From Prochlorococcus marinus str. NATL2A (GTDB lineage Bacteria; Cyanobacteriota; Cyanobacteriia; PCC-6307; Cyanobiaceae), in NCBI RefSeq assembly GCF_000012465.1, contig NC_007335.2, forward strand, positions 510,001 to 542,000: a stretch of DNA of 32,000 nt, in the 5' to 3' direction. The notes under the pieces were generated by a model that was not told the origin of the DNA, did no database searches, and saw nothing but the letters and a program-made list of their open reading frames with translations. Positions 9,039 through 18,742 of this stretch are shown here, piece by piece. Position numbers and translations under genes: made by a program. Within the stretch, counting starts at the first letter, position 1, and each line of letters begins with the position of its first letter.

Positions 9039-9926
9039 TTAATACTCTTCAATATCTTTTAGCATCCAAAACCCATGTAGAGAATTTTCTTCAGGACTTT
9101 TTTGAACTGAAATAAATTGAAGTCCATCTGCATATAATTTTGTATTTAGAAAATTATTTTCAATAACTTTTTTAGCTTCTTCTTCGACATCAGTTACTAA
9201 CCATCTGTCAGCTTGCCCTGCCTCTAGAATTATTTGAGTACCTTCTATTAAAAGCTTTGCTGGTTCAAGTCCCCCTAGCCAAGCTGCAAGTGCCAAGGAT
9301 CTTTTTGGGCTAAAAAGCCTAATACCTGGAATAGATATATTTTCATTAATTGAATCTTTTATGGGAATTAAATTAGAAAACTCTATTTCCCATTCATCAG
9401 CCTCTCTAAGTGTATTTAGAGATAAGGAAGCAAAGCTCCATGATTCACCTCTTACTTCCTCTGGTAAAGGGATGGCTTGGTTTGTAATTGGGTTTGAAGG
9501 AGGAGCAAGATTAACGCCGGTATACCCTTTTTGCTGAGGATAGAAACTCCTTTCTCTTTCAATAAGCCACTCCAATAATGAATATGTTCTTCTGCTAGAA
9601 ATAAGTTCAATTCCTATTTGATCTGCTGCACGTTTTATCATTGTTTTCATAGAGGATCGCCAACATCGAATAACTGATGGTTTATCCCAACCTTGTAAAT
9701 AAGCTTCATCAATGGCTTCATCAAATGCATCTTTTAACCAAATTGAATTAACACTTGATGCTGGACATATCTTTTCCCATTTAAATGTTTTCTTGTCTTT
9801 GAAATTATTTGTAGATGTAATTAATAATTCCCATCTTTTTTTTCCATTTTCATCAATTATTGGGCGGGAATAAAAATCTATTTCCCAGTCTGTTTTTTTT
9901 AAATTAGGTTTTTTTGATGCAATCAC
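9039..9926 (-). CDS. Tab2-like RNA-binding protein (DUF1092 family)
   Basis: 295 aa. The N-terminal WEIDFYSRPIIDENGKKRWELLI and C-terminal GLQFISVQKSPEENSLHGFWMLKD resemble the conserved ends of the Tab2/ATAB2 family as I remember it. It lies 23 nt downstream of the S1 paralog on the same strand. Confidence 0.7.
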   Translation of the reverse strand: MIASKKPNLKKTDWEIDFYSRPIIDENGKKRWELLITSTNNFKDKKTFKWEKICPASSVNSIWLKDAFDEAIDEAYLQGWDKPSVIRCWRSSMKTMIKRAADQIGIELISSRRTYSLLEWLIERERSFYPQQKGYTGVNLAPPSNPITNQAIPLPEEVRGESWSFASLSLNTLREADEWEIEFSNLIPIKDSINENISIPGIRLFSPKRSLALAAWLGGLEPAKLLIEGTQIILEAGQADRWLVTDVEEEAKKVIENNFLNTKLYADGLQFISVQKSPEENSLHGFWMLKDIEEY

Positions 9927-9949
9927 AATTTTTTTTCTTCAATGTAAAG

Positions 9950-11245
9950 TTATGAGGATAAGTTGATGTCTTCCTTTTCCTTTTGAGGATCAACTTTTTC
10001 TTTATTCAAGCTATTTCGCGCTTTAATCGCTCTCTCATTTGCCTCTTCCATAACTTTTGTCTTATCAGTAATAAGTTCTCCTGGAGGGCCCTCTAAAAGA
10101 GCTGTATTTAATCCAATTCGTCCTCTAGAGGGATCTAAATCAGTTATCAAAGCTTTGATGGATTCACCTGGTTGAAAAACTTCTCTAAGGCTTCTCATGC
10201 TTCCATTAGTTACCATTGAATGATGCAACAATCCACTTACACCCCTCAAATCAACAAAAAAACCATAAGGTTTTATTGTTAAGATTTCGCCCTCGATTAG
10301 TTGTCCAATTTCTAATTCTGAAAATCTTGAAGCAATTGCAGCTTTCTTTTCGGAGAGAACAAGTTTTCGCCTCTCTGGATTTACCTCTAAAAAAGCAGTA
10401 CTAATTGTTTTTGAAACAAGAGATTGATGATTTTCTCCATCTTCAAGCTGAGATCTAGGAATAAAACCTCTTAAACCTTCGAAGTCGCAAGTAACACCCC
10501 CACGGTTAAAACCATTTATTTTAACTCGAATAACTTTTCCTTCTTTTGCAAGATTTTGAACTTTGTCCCAGCTTTTTCTTAGTTCTAACGCCCTACAACT
10601 GATTGTTACCATCCCATCTGCATTTTGTTCTCTAGTAACAAGAACTTCGACTTTTAACCCTTTTGGGAAACGCTCTTTTAAATTTGTAATTACACCTAGA
10701 CCACATTCATTTTTCGGCATGAATCCAGGAGCTTTACCCCCTATGTCTACATAAATACCATCACTTTCAACTGCAATAACTGAACCTTTTGCAATTTCTC
10801 CAGTTGTCCCGATTGGTTGGTTTTCTTCTAAGGCTGCTAAGAATTCGTCTTCATCAAAATCAAATTCATCAACTGTTCTACTTTTTTGTTCAAAAATATT
10901 TTGATCATCGAAGGCTTCAATATTATTTTTATAGTTAGTATTATTCTCAGATCTTAGAAGATCTTCCATTGTCTCTGACTGGAAATCATCGCTAGAGTCT
11001 TTCCCGATTGAATTTTGTTGTTCAGGTGCTTTCTTTAAGTAAGAAATTTCTTTTGGAGCTAGAACCTTTTCAGCAAATCTTCTATCCTTAGGTTGCTCGG
11101 AGAATTCTTTCTCAGATGATTCTTCATTGATTATTTCTTCTTCAGGCTTTCGACTGATATGCATAACCTGCAATGGCTTGCGAGGTGCATTTATTGCCGG
11201 CCTTTGGGGAGTTGCTTTTTTAGGCTGAGGATCTGACCCGGCCAT
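9950..11245 (-). CDS. rps1b: 30S ribosomal protein S1 paralog (three S1 domains, acidic N-terminal extension)
   Basis: S1/OB repeats: GSVIAVESDGIYVDIGGKAPGFMP, GKVIRVKINGFNRGGVTCDFEGLRGFIPRSQL and GQLIEGEILTIKPYGFFVDLRGVSGLLHHS. I prefer the ATG at 11245 (MAGSDPQP) to the upstream start at 11347, which abuts the divergent neighbour. Confidence 0.85.
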   Translation of the reverse strand: MAGSDPQPKKATPQRPAINAPRKPLQVMHISRKPEEEIINEESSEKEFSEQPKDRRFAEKVLAPKEISYLKKAPEQQNSIGKDSSDDFQSETMEDLLRSENNTNYKNNIEAFDDQNIFEQKSRTVDEFDFDEDEFLAALEENQPIGTTGEIAKGSVIAVESDGIYVDIGGKAPGFMPKNECGLGVITNLKERFPKGLKVEVLVTREQNADGMVTISCRALELRKSWDKVQNLAKEGKVIRVKINGFNRGGVTCDFEGLRGFIPRSQLEDGENHQSLVSKTISTAFLEVNPERRKLVLSEKKAAIASRFSELEIGQLIEGEILTIKPYGFFVDLRGVSGLLHHSMVTNGSMRSLREVFQPGESIKALITDLDPSRGRIGLNTALLEGPPGELITDKTKVMEEANERAIKARNSLNKEKVDPQKEKEDINLSS

Positions 11246-11347
11246 AATACCCTTGGTAATAAGTGAAACATTCTTACAGCCAAGGGTAAGTTGTTTTTTA
11301 ATTATTAGGAGATTTCTATCATTTTTCAAACTCGCCGATTTGAGCAT

Positions 11348-12145
11348 TTGACATGGCCTGAGGCCTCTAAAGCCGCTTCAGAGAATGGATCTACATTGGT
11401 TTGGCCCTTTGGTGCATGTGAACAACATGGACCACATTTACCTTTGATTACTGATACTTTTTTTGCTGAAAATATTTTAATCAAGACTCTTAATAGGTTG
11501 CCAGAAAATATGCCGATATGGATGATGCCATCTCAATCGATTGGTTTTTCTCCTGAACATCAAGCTTTCCCAGGAACTTTGTCCCTATCAGCTGATGTTT
11601 TGATTTCAATGGTTACTGATGTTGGCCAGCAAATAGCCTCTATGGGATTTAATAGATTAGTTTTTTTTAACGCTCATGGTGGGCAAATTGGTCTGCTCCA
11701 GGCGGTTTCAAGGCAGTTGAGAATTCAATGTCCTTCAATAGCTGTATTGCCTTGTTTCCTTTGGAGTGGTGTCCCAGGATTAGATCAACTTTTACCTGAA
11801 AAAGAGGTTGAGGAGGGACTTCATGCGGCATTAGCGGAAACAAGTCTTATGTTGCACATGGCTAGAGATTTGGTACGAAATGATTCTTACTTAGAAATAA
11901 AGAATGTAGATAAACAAATAGTTACTACCCCAAAAGGGTGGAGCCTTGAAGGAGCATCACCGTGCGCATGGTTGACAGAAGATTTGAGCTCATCTGGAGT
12001 TATTGGCGATGCAAGTTCTTCAAATTCTGAATTGGGTGCCGCTTTAGAAAATGCACTAGTAGATCATTGGATTGCCCTATTTACAAGCCTTTTGGAGAGT
12101 GATTGGCCGCCAATTAGGTCAGAAAGGCCTGTTTCTAGCAGTTAA
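11348..12145 (+). CDS. creatininase-family amidohydrolase
   Basis: 265 aa. The WPFGACEQHGPHLPL block and FFNAHGGQ are typical metal-binding blocks of the creatininase fold. The start is an apparent TTG, and no in-frame ATG occurs near the N-terminus. Confidence 0.78.
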   Translation: MTWPEASKAASENGSTLVWPFGACEQHGPHLPLITDTFFAENILIKTLNRLPENMPIWMMPSQSIGFSPEHQAFPGTLSLSADVLISMVTDVGQQIASMGFNRLVFFNAHGGQIGLLQAVSRQLRIQCPSIAVLPCFLWSGVPGLDQLLPEKEVEEGLHAALAETSLMLHMARDLVRNDSYLEIKNVDKQIVTTPKGWSLEGASPCAWLTEDLSSSGVIGDASSSNSELGAALENALVDHWIALFTSLLESDWPPIRSERPVSSS

Positions 12146-12219
12146 GATGTGGTAACTGAACTACCGTTTTGGATTAAATTCTGTAAGATCACTCAGATTG
12201 ACAAATTTCTAATAGATCT

Positions 12220-12945
12220 ATGCAAGCTTTTGCATCCAACAATTTAACCGTAGAAAAAGAAGAGCTAAGTTCTAACTCTCTTCCAGATTTCACCTCAGAA
12301 TCTTACAAAGATGCTTACAGCAGAATCAATGCAGTTGTAATTGAAGGGGAGCAAGAAGCTTATTCTAATTTTCTTGATCTCGCTAAATTGATTCCTGAAC
12401 ATGCAGATGAGCTTGTGAGGCTAGGGAAGATGGAGAAAAAGCATATGAATGGTTTTTGTGCTTGCGGGAGAAATCTTGCTGTAAAGCCTGATATGCCTTT
12501 TGCAAAGACCTTTTTCTCAAAACTCCATAATAATTTTTTAGAGGCTTTCAAAGTAGGAGATACGACTACCTGTCTCCTAATTCAATGCATCTTGATTGAA
12601 TCTTTTGCAATATCCGCATATCACGTTTATATACGTGTTGCTGATCCATTCGCCAAAAGAATCACAGAGGGTGTTGTCCAAGATGAATACTTGCATTTGA
12701 ACTATGGTCAAGAATGGCTTAAGGCCAATCTAGAGACAGTTAAGAAAGATCTTATGAGGGCTAATAAGGAAAACTTGCCTCTTATAAAGTCCATGCTCGA
12801 TGAAGTTTCAAACGACGCCGAAGTCCTTCATATGGATAAAGAAGAGTTAATGGAGGAATTTATGATTGCTTATCAAGATTCCCTTCTTGAAATAGGTCTT
12901 GATAATAGAGAAATTGCAAGAATGGCTCTTGCAGCGGTGATATAA
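12220..12945 (+). CDS. ado: aldehyde-deformylating oxygenase (alkane biosynthesis, ferritin-like di-iron)
   Basis: 241 aa. Di-iron ligand motifs EGEQEAYSNF, MEKKH, ESFAISAYHVY and QDEYLHLNYG are present. It sits immediately upstream of acyl-ACP reductase, as in cyanobacterial alkane loci. Confidence 0.92.
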   Translation: MQAFASNNLTVEKEELSSNSLPDFTSESYKDAYSRINAVVIEGEQEAYSNFLDLAKLIPEHADELVRLGKMEKKHMNGFCACGRNLAVKPDMPFAKTFFSKLHNNFLEAFKVGDTTTCLLIQCILIESFAISAYHVYIRVADPFAKRITEGVVQDEYLHLNYGQEWLKANLETVKKDLMRANKENLPLIKSMLDEVSNDAEVLHMDKEELMEEFMIAYQDSLLEIGLDNREIARMALAAVI

Positions 12946-12971
12946 GGATTTAATATTTTGCATCTTTCGTT

Positions 12972-13012
12972 ATTCCTCAAGAACTTAAAGTTCTTGAGGA
13001 ATTCTTTTTTTT
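12972..13012 (+). terminator. strong rho-independent terminator between ado and aar
   Basis: ATTCCTCAAGAAC-TTAAA-GTTCTTGAGGAAT is a perfect 13-bp stem followed by TCTTTTTTTT. It starts 27 nt after the ado stop. Confidence 0.85.
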
Positions 13013-13083
13013 GTGACCGTGGTGGTCTAATCTTCAAACTTGGATAAATATTTAGTTTCAATTTTGATCTTGCTTGGTGCCAA

Positions 13084-14124
13084 ATGTTTGGTCTAATTGG
13101 ACATTCAACAAGTTTTGAAGATGCCAAGCGAAAGGCATTAGGCTTGGGGTATGACCATATCGCTCAAGGGGATTTGGACGTATGGTGTACTGCACCTCCT
13201 CAGTTGGTTGAGAATGTGAAAGTTGTCAGTGCGATCGGAAAGACTATTGAGGGAGCATATATAGACTCATGCTTTGTTCCAGAGATGCTAAGTCGCTTCA
13301 AAACTGCAAGAAGAAAGGTTTTGAATGCAATGGAGTTGGCGCAAAAGAAAGAGATCAGTATCACTGCTCTAGGTGGCTTTACATCAATAATTTTTGAGAA
13401 TTTTAATTTGCTCCAAAATCAACAAGTTAGAAATACGACTCTTGATTGGCAAAGGTTTACCACTGGTAATACTCATACAGCTTGGGTGATATGTAGGCAG
13501 CTAGAGCAAAATGCACCTCGAATAGGAATTGATTTGAGTAAATCAAAAGTAGCTGTTGTTGGCGCTACTGGTGACATTGGCAGTGCTGTTTGTAGGTGGC
13601 TTTCCAATCGAACTGGTGTTTCTGAACTCCTTTTAGTAGCCAGACAGCAAAAGCCTTTACTTGAACTTCAATCTCAACTTGGAGGAGGAAGAATTCTTAG
13701 TCTTGATGATGCTTTACCAGAAGCAGATATTGTTATTTGGGTTGCAAGCATGCCTAAAACCTTAGAAATTGACCCATCTAAAATTAAAAGACCTTGTTTA
13801 ATGATTGATGGTGGATACCCTAAAAACTTGGGTGAGAAGTTTTCAGGACCTGGAATACACGTATTAAAAGGAGGAATAGTTCAATTTTTCAAAGATATTG
13901 GTTGGAGCATGATGGAATTGGCTGAGATGGAAAATCCTAAAAGAGAAATGTTTGCTTGTTTTGCTGAAGCAATGCTTCTTGAATTCGAGAATTGTCATAC
14001 CAACTTCAGTTGGGGAAGAAATAATATAACGTTGGAAAAGATGGATTTCATCGGCAAGGCTTCTGAAAGGCACGGGTTTTCGGCTGTTGGTTTGAAATCA
14101 AATATTCAGACATTAACCGTCTGA
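13084..14124 (+). CDS. aar: acyl-ACP reductase (fatty aldehyde-forming, alkane biosynthesis)
   Basis: 346 aa with N-terminus [14 protein letters not shown] and nucleotide-binding loop [12 protein letters not shown]. It has the conserved position between ado and accA. Confidence 0.92.
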   Translation: MFGLIGHSTSFEDAKRKALGLGYDHIAQGDLDVWCTAPPQLVENVKVVSAIGKTIEGAYIDSCFVPEMLSRFKTARRKVLNAMELAQKKEISITALGGFTSIIFENFNLLQNQQVRNTTLDWQRFTTGNTHTAWVICRQLEQNAPRIGIDLSKSKVAVVGATGDIGSAVCRWLSNRTGVSELLLVARQQKPLLELQSQLGGGRILSLDDALPEADIVIWVASMPKTLEIDPSKIKRPCLMIDGGYPKNLGEKFSGPGIHVLKGGIVQFFKDIGWSMMELAEMENPKREMFACFAEAMLLEFENCHTNFSWGRNNITLEKMDFIGKASERHGFSAVGLKSNIQTLTV

Positions 14125-14144
14125 ACATTTGGTTACTTTTTTTT

Positions 14145-15134
14145 ATGGCTAGACGTTTTCTCCTCGAATTTGAAAAACCTCTTGTTGAATTAGAGAATCA
14201 GATTGATCAAATCAGAGAATTAGCAAGAGATTCAGAAGTTGATGTAAGTCAGCAACTTTTGCAATTAGAAACACTTGCAGCACGAAGGCGAGAAGAAATA
14301 TTTAATGCACTTACTCCAGCTCAGAAGATTCAAGTAGCTAGGCACCCCCAAAGGCCTAGCACACTCGATTACATACAGATGTTTTGTGATGATTGGGTTG
14401 AATTACATGGAGACAGGAACGGAACTGATGATCAAGCTCTAATAGGAGGGTTAGCTCGAATAGGTGAAAAATCCGTCCTTTTAATTGGACAACAAAAAGG
14501 TAGAGATACAAAAGAGAATGTTGCAAGAAACTTTGGCATGGCAAAACCTGGAGGCTACAGAAAGGCTTTGAGGCTGATGGACCATGCCGATCGCTTTAAT
14601 CTTCCAATAATTTCTTTCATAGATACTCCTGGAGCTTATGCAGGGCTCATAGCAGAAGAACAAGGACAAGGAGAGGCAATCGCAGTGAATCTACGAGAAA
14701 TGTTTAGGCTTAAAGTTCCAATAATTGCAACTGTAATAGGGGAAGGTGGCTCTGGTGGCGCATTGGGGATAGGCGTCGCAGACAGGTTACTTATGTTTGA
14801 ACATAGTGTTTACACAGTTGCAAGCCCTGAAGCTTGTGCTTCGATTCTATGGAGGGATGCTGGCAAGGCTCCGGAAGCAGCATCAGCATTAAAAATTACT
14901 GGACCTGATCTTATGAAGTTAGGAATTGTTGACGAGGTACTAAAAGAGCCTTCTGGGGGGAATAATTGGGCCCCGCTTCAGGCTGGAGATACTTTGAAAA
15001 ATGCCCTTGAGAAGCATTTATCCGAATTGTTGGCTTTATCCCCTGATGAATTGAGAAACAATAGATATTCCAAATTTAGAAAAATGGGAAAATATTTGGA
15101 ATCTCAGTCTATCGAAAGTGAAATTTCAGTTTAA
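14145..15134 (+). CDS. accA: acetyl-CoA carboxylase carboxyltransferase alpha subunit
   Basis: 329 aa. Blocks [31 protein letters not shown] and [10 protein letters not shown] are diagnostic for AccA. Confidence 0.95.
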   Translation: MARRFLLEFEKPLVELENQIDQIRELARDSEVDVSQQLLQLETLAARRREEIFNALTPAQKIQVARHPQRPSTLDYIQMFCDDWVELHGDRNGTDDQALIGGLARIGEKSVLLIGQQKGRDTKENVARNFGMAKPGGYRKALRLMDHADRFNLPIISFIDTPGAYAGLIAEEQGQGEAIAVNLREMFRLKVPIIATVIGEGGSGGALGIGVADRLLMFEHSVYTVASPEACASILWRDAGKAPEAASALKITGPDLMKLGIVDEVLKEPSGGNNWAPLQAGDTLKNALEKHLSELLALSPDELRNNRYSKFRKMGKYLESQSIESEISV

Positions 15135-15145
15135 AGTTTTAGTGT

Positions 15146-15868
15146 TTGCTTTTAACTTTCTTGTCAACAGTATTAATTACGGGCGCTTCTAGAGGAATTG
15201 GGAGAGCAACTGCTAAAGCTTTTGCTGATTCTGGATGGGACTTACTACTTCTAGCTAGGTCTGAAGAAGCTCTAGCAAGACTTGTAGAAGAAATTGATAA
15301 CAAAAAAGTTAAGGTTTTCTACAAATCTATTGATCTAAGTAATCCTAAAAATATATCTAAGGGAATAGTTGAATTAATGAATAATGGTTTGATTCCCTCA
15401 GTTCTAATTAATAATGCTGGAGTTGCTTGGACTGGAGATCTTTTATCAATGCCCCTTGAAAAATGGGAATGGATCATGCAAATGAATCTCACCAGCATCT
15501 TTCAGGTTTGCTCTGAGGTGGTTCCTTTAATGAGAAATAAAGGAGGATTAGTTATCAACGTTAGTAGTCATGCTTCTCGAAATATTTTTCCACAATGGGG
15601 AGCCTATTGTGTTTCCAAAGCAGCTCTAGCAAGTTTTACCAAATCCTTAGCAGAAGAAGAACGTAAGAATTTAATACGAGCATGCACACTTACTCTTGGA
15701 TCGGTAAATTCATCTCTTTGGGATTCTGATAGCGTTGGGATGCAATTTGATAGAGATTCGATGCTTTCAGTTGATCAAGTTGCATGTGAACTTTTACATC
15801 TTGCTAGTCAACCAACTAATCAAATTATCGAGGATGTAACTTTGATGCCATCTGCCGGAGCCTTTTAA
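15146..15868 (+). CDS. short-chain dehydrogenase/reductase (classical SDR)
   Basis: 240 aa with TGASRGIG cofactor loop, NNAG motif and YxxxK (YCVSK) catalytic motif. The start is uncertain (TTG at 15146 or 15161; no ATG available). Confidence 0.85.
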   Translation: MLLTFLSTVLITGASRGIGRATAKAFADSGWDLLLLARSEEALARLVEEIDNKKVKVFYKSIDLSNPKNISKGIVELMNNGLIPSVLINNAGVAWTGDLLSMPLEKWEWIMQMNLTSIFQVCSEVVPLMRNKGGLVINVSSHASRNIFPQWGAYCVSKAALASFTKSLAEEERKNLIRACTLTLGSVNSSLWDSDSVGMQFDRDSMLSVDQVACELLHLASQPTNQIIEDVTLMPSAGAF

Positions 15869-16539
15869 TCTTGTTCTCTTATTTCGCGAACAAGAGATGC
15901 AACTTTCTTAATGTCTTTAATACCTGGAGATATCTCTAGTCGACTAGATGCATCAATACCATCAGGTCTAAGTTTAGAAAAAATTTCAGGAATTATTTCA
16001 GCAGATATTCCACCAGCTAAGATCCAAGGAGCTTTAAAAGTTTTATTAAGTAGTAATTCTATTGGGACTCTATTCCCAGTGCCTCCAAGTGATTTTTTAT
16101 CCCAAGCATCTATGAGAATAGCATCAATATTCTTTTCATATTGACTTATATTTTCTAAATCATTAATAGCTTTTAACCTGAAGGCTTTCCATATTTTAAT
16201 TCCTGGAAATTCATTCTTTAATTCTCGACAATAATCAACTGATTCATTCCCATGCAATTGGATTACTGATGGTGGGGTTGATCTGTTATTTATACATTTG
16301 ACCTCCTCTAATTTTGCATTTGCGATTACTAATACTTTCTCAATACTTGAAGAAACTTTTTCTACTTCATTAAAAATTTTCATGCATTCTTCTTCAGGTA
16401 CAAAACGAGGTGAATTTTTAACGCCAATAACGCCAATAGCATTTATTTTTAATTCCGCTATCGATCGTGCTTGCGAAGTCTTTGTTAGGCCACAAATTTT
16501 TATTGCTGTTGACTTTTTAGAAGAAGATTTTCTGATCAT
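15865..16539 (-). CDS. trpF: N-(5'-phosphoribosyl)anthranilate isomerase
   Basis: 224 aa. It has the IKICGLT N-terminal block, a QLHG block and a C-terminal GGTG...LAGGI phosphate-binding pattern typical of TrpF. Its stop overlaps the SDR stop (TTAA). Confidence 0.85.
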   Translation of the reverse strand: MIRKSSSKKSTAIKICGLTKTSQARSIAELKINAIGVIGVKNSPRFVPEEECMKIFNEVEKVSSSIEKVLVIANAKLEEVKCINNRSTPPSVIQLHGNESVDYCRELKNEFPGIKIWKAFRLKAINDLENISQYEKNIDAILIDAWDKKSLGGTGNRVPIELLLNKTFKAPWILAGGISAEIIPEIFSKLRPDGIDASSRLEISPGIKDIKKVASLVREIREQD

Positions 16540-16602
16540 TACCAGAACTTTTATTAGGATTGATTGAAATGGATTTTATTGTGAGCTTGGAGGCATTTAA
16601 GT

Positions 16603-17832
16603 TTGGGTAGTTGGGAAGTTTTGAAAATCAGAGGTATCCCTTTGAGGATCCATCCAAGTTGGTTTTTGGTTTTCTTGTATTTTACTTTGTCAGCTAAAGA
16701 TCAGTTCGAGACGCTTTTGAATGGTCAAGCATCTATTTGGAATGGATGGGTGATTGGTGCATCTACCTCTTCTCTTTTGTTTTTATCTGTTTTATTGCAT
16801 GAATTGGCTCATTCTTTTGTAGCAATTGGAGAGGGTCTAAAAGTTAGAGACATAACACTTTTTTTTCTTGGAGGTATGGCAAGTCTTGAAAAGGAATGTC
16901 CGACTTCAAAAGGAAGTTTGAAAATCGCTATTTCAGGTCCTGTTGTTAGTCTTTTATTAGCTTTTTTAATGATTTTATTAAGTAATAATTTATCAGTATC
17001 AAATTTTATTCTCTCTAATTTATTTAAGCAGGTTGGTAGCCTCAACCTTTTAATAGGTGTATTTAATTTACTTCCGATAATGCCTCTAGATGGTGGCGTA
17101 ATATTAAAATCTTTAATTTGGTACTTTACGGGGAGTAAAAGAGCAGGGATTAAAGTGGCTATTGGCTCTGCAAGATTAATTTCTTTTCTTGCTATTTTTA
17201 TTGGTATTTTAAGTTTGCTTAGGGGCAACTTCTATCTTTCCATTTGCTTTTCTATTATTGGTTTATTTGTTTTTTCTTCATCTAAATCACAGAGCCAAAT
17301 TATTCAAATACAAAAGATATTATCTGAATTATATGTTAATCAGGTTTGTAGTCGTTCATTTAGGGTCCTAGAGGATGATTTGCCTGTGAAAGTTTTATCT
17401 AAATATAGTTCATTTAATAAAGATAATTTTTCCAATGAAGTATGGATCCTTTTGTGTAGAGAAGGGAGATGGGTCGGTTATGTAAATGAAAAAATCTTGA
17501 AGAATATTTCTGTACAAAACTGGGATAAAAAATTTCTTTATGAATTCTCACAACCAATAAATGAATTGCCATCTATTAGTGAAAAAGAATCATTATGGAA
17601 AGCAATATTAAAAATAGAAAAAACAAAAGATGGAAGACTACTTGTACTATCATTTTCTGGTCTTCCTCTTGGAACTTTAGATAGAGTAGATTTAGGTAAA
17701 GCAGTACTTAAAAAAATCGGATTAAATCTTCCAGACCAATTAATTAAAATTGCAAGAAAAGAAAATATTTATCCACTGGGATTAAATTTACCTAATATTG
17801 CACAATCAATGGATTCAAGTGACTTGATCTAG
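16603..17832 (+). CDS. site-2 protease family (M50) membrane zinc metalloprotease with C-terminal soluble domain
   Basis: 409 aa. It has the HELAHS zinc motif, the NLLPIMPLDGG motif and multiple hydrophobic helices. The TTG start is preceded by GGAGG 9 nt upstream. Confidence 0.85.
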   Translation: MGSWEVLKIRGIPLRIHPSWFLVFLYFTLSAKDQFETLLNGQASIWNGWVIGASTSSLLFLSVLLHELAHSFVAIGEGLKVRDITLFFLGGMASLEKECPTSKGSLKIAISGPVVSLLLAFLMILLSNNLSVSNFILSNLFKQVGSLNLLIGVFNLLPIMPLDGGVILKSLIWYFTGSKRAGIKVAIGSARLISFLAIFIGILSLLRGNFYLSICFSIIGLFVFSSSKSQSQIIQIQKILSELYVNQVCSRSFRVLEDDLPVKVLSKYSSFNKDNFSNEVWILLCREGRWVGYVNEKILKNISVQNWDKKFLYEFSQPINELPSISEKESLWKAILKIEKTKDGRLLVLSFSGLPLGTLDRVDLGKAVLKKIGLNLPDQLIKIARKENIYPLGLNLPNIAQSMDSSDLI

Positions 17833-17834
17833 GA

Positions 17835-18584
17835 TTAATAATTATTTATTTTTTTAAATTTATTTATAGCAAAACGTTTTATTATTTCTTTGTCTTTTTG
17901 ATTTAATGTATATGTAAATATCTGTGAATTAGGCCATGTTTTCCCTAACGAATCTTTTAGAAAATTTATAATTTTATCTTTATCTTTAATTTCATTTTTT
18001 ATCTTGGGTGGATCTGCATTAAAAACTTTTTGCCATAACTGTTTTGACGGTTCCATTAAGATCTCTCCATGCTGAAGTAAGTGACCATTTCTCCAGTACT
18101 GAGCACTTCCAATATGTTTGTTTTTATCTTGATCAACTAGGTCAGCTAATGTTGAAGTCGAAAAACAATTACTATTGGATATATTCACAGGCTGATTACC
18201 ATAAAATAAATCCACTCCAGCTTTTTTAATACCATCTTTTAGCCATTCAGTTGTCTTTAAATATGATTCTTTTTTATTCCTTGGTGGATATTTCCATATA
18301 AGAGCGTAAGTGAGTCCTCTGCTATGAAGAACAGCTTTCCCTCCACTAGGTCTTCTTACAATTTTTAACTGTTCATTTTTTAAAAGTTCAATCCATTTTT
18401 TTGGGAGTTCTTTTTGATTTTTTCCAATCGATAGCCAGTCTCCATCCCACGTATAAAAACGTACTGCCATATTAAAATTGTTTTCAGCTAATGACTTTTC
18501 TAATAGGAAGAGATCAATTGCCATTTGCTCTGGACCACTTAATTCAAGAGGGTTTAAATAAAGGACTTCTTCTAGTTTGTTCAT
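17835..18584 (-). CDS. lipoate-protein ligase A-like (BPL/LplA/LipB domain)
   Basis: 249 aa. Blocks RRPSGGKAVLH and KHIGSAQYWRNGHLLQHGEI match the LplA-type catalytic core pattern. Confidence 0.72.
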   Translation of the reverse strand: MNKLEEVLYLNPLELSGPEQMAIDLFLLEKSLAENNFNMAVRFYTWDGDWLSIGKNQKELPKKWIELLKNEQLKIVRRPSGGKAVLHSRGLTYALIWKYPPRNKKESYLKTTEWLKDGIKKAGVDLFYGNQPVNISNSNCFSTSTLADLVDQDKNKHIGSAQYWRNGHLLQHGEILMEPSKQLWQKVFNADPPKIKNEIKDKDKIINFLKDSLGKTWPNSQIFTYTLNQKDKEIIKRFAINKFKKINNY

Positions 18585-18742
18585 TTTGATTTTTAGTTAT
18601 TCGTCATAAAAAAGTTAGGTTATTTATATACCCCCCAAATTTATTGTCTTTTGAATTTATAAATGCATTGGAAGAAGTCAAATAATTGATTCCATTATTA
18701 ATTAAGTTACCATGAAAAAAATTAGGACTTTCTAATTTAATT

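Noticed and set aside
11246-11347. N-terminal 34-codon extension of the S1 paralog up to 11347
   Set aside because: It would abut the divergent creatininase-family start with a zero-length promoter region. The ATG at 11245 gives a sensible 102-bp divergent spacer.
12873-13127. 84-aa minus-strand ORF across the ado-aar spacer
   Set aside because: It runs through the strong plus-strand terminator and into both flanking genes in antisense, with a basic low-complexity sequence. It is not credible.
16809-17228. 139-aa minus-strand ORF (Lys/Ile-rich) and other antisense ORFs at 10216..10404, 10563..10754, 12360..12551, 13864..14073, 14356..14669, 15911..16567, 18044..18229, 19134..19385, 19602..19799, 25377..25580
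   Set aside because: All of them lie antisense within, or substantially overlap, genes with clear family signatures. They have no motifs and no start context, so they are treated as non-coding.
18640-18680. 10-bp palindrome ATTTATAAAT and a C6 run in the LplA-like / 18743 spacer
   Set aside because: Pure A/T palindromes of this size are common in AT-rich spacers, and there is no second copy or associated structure.
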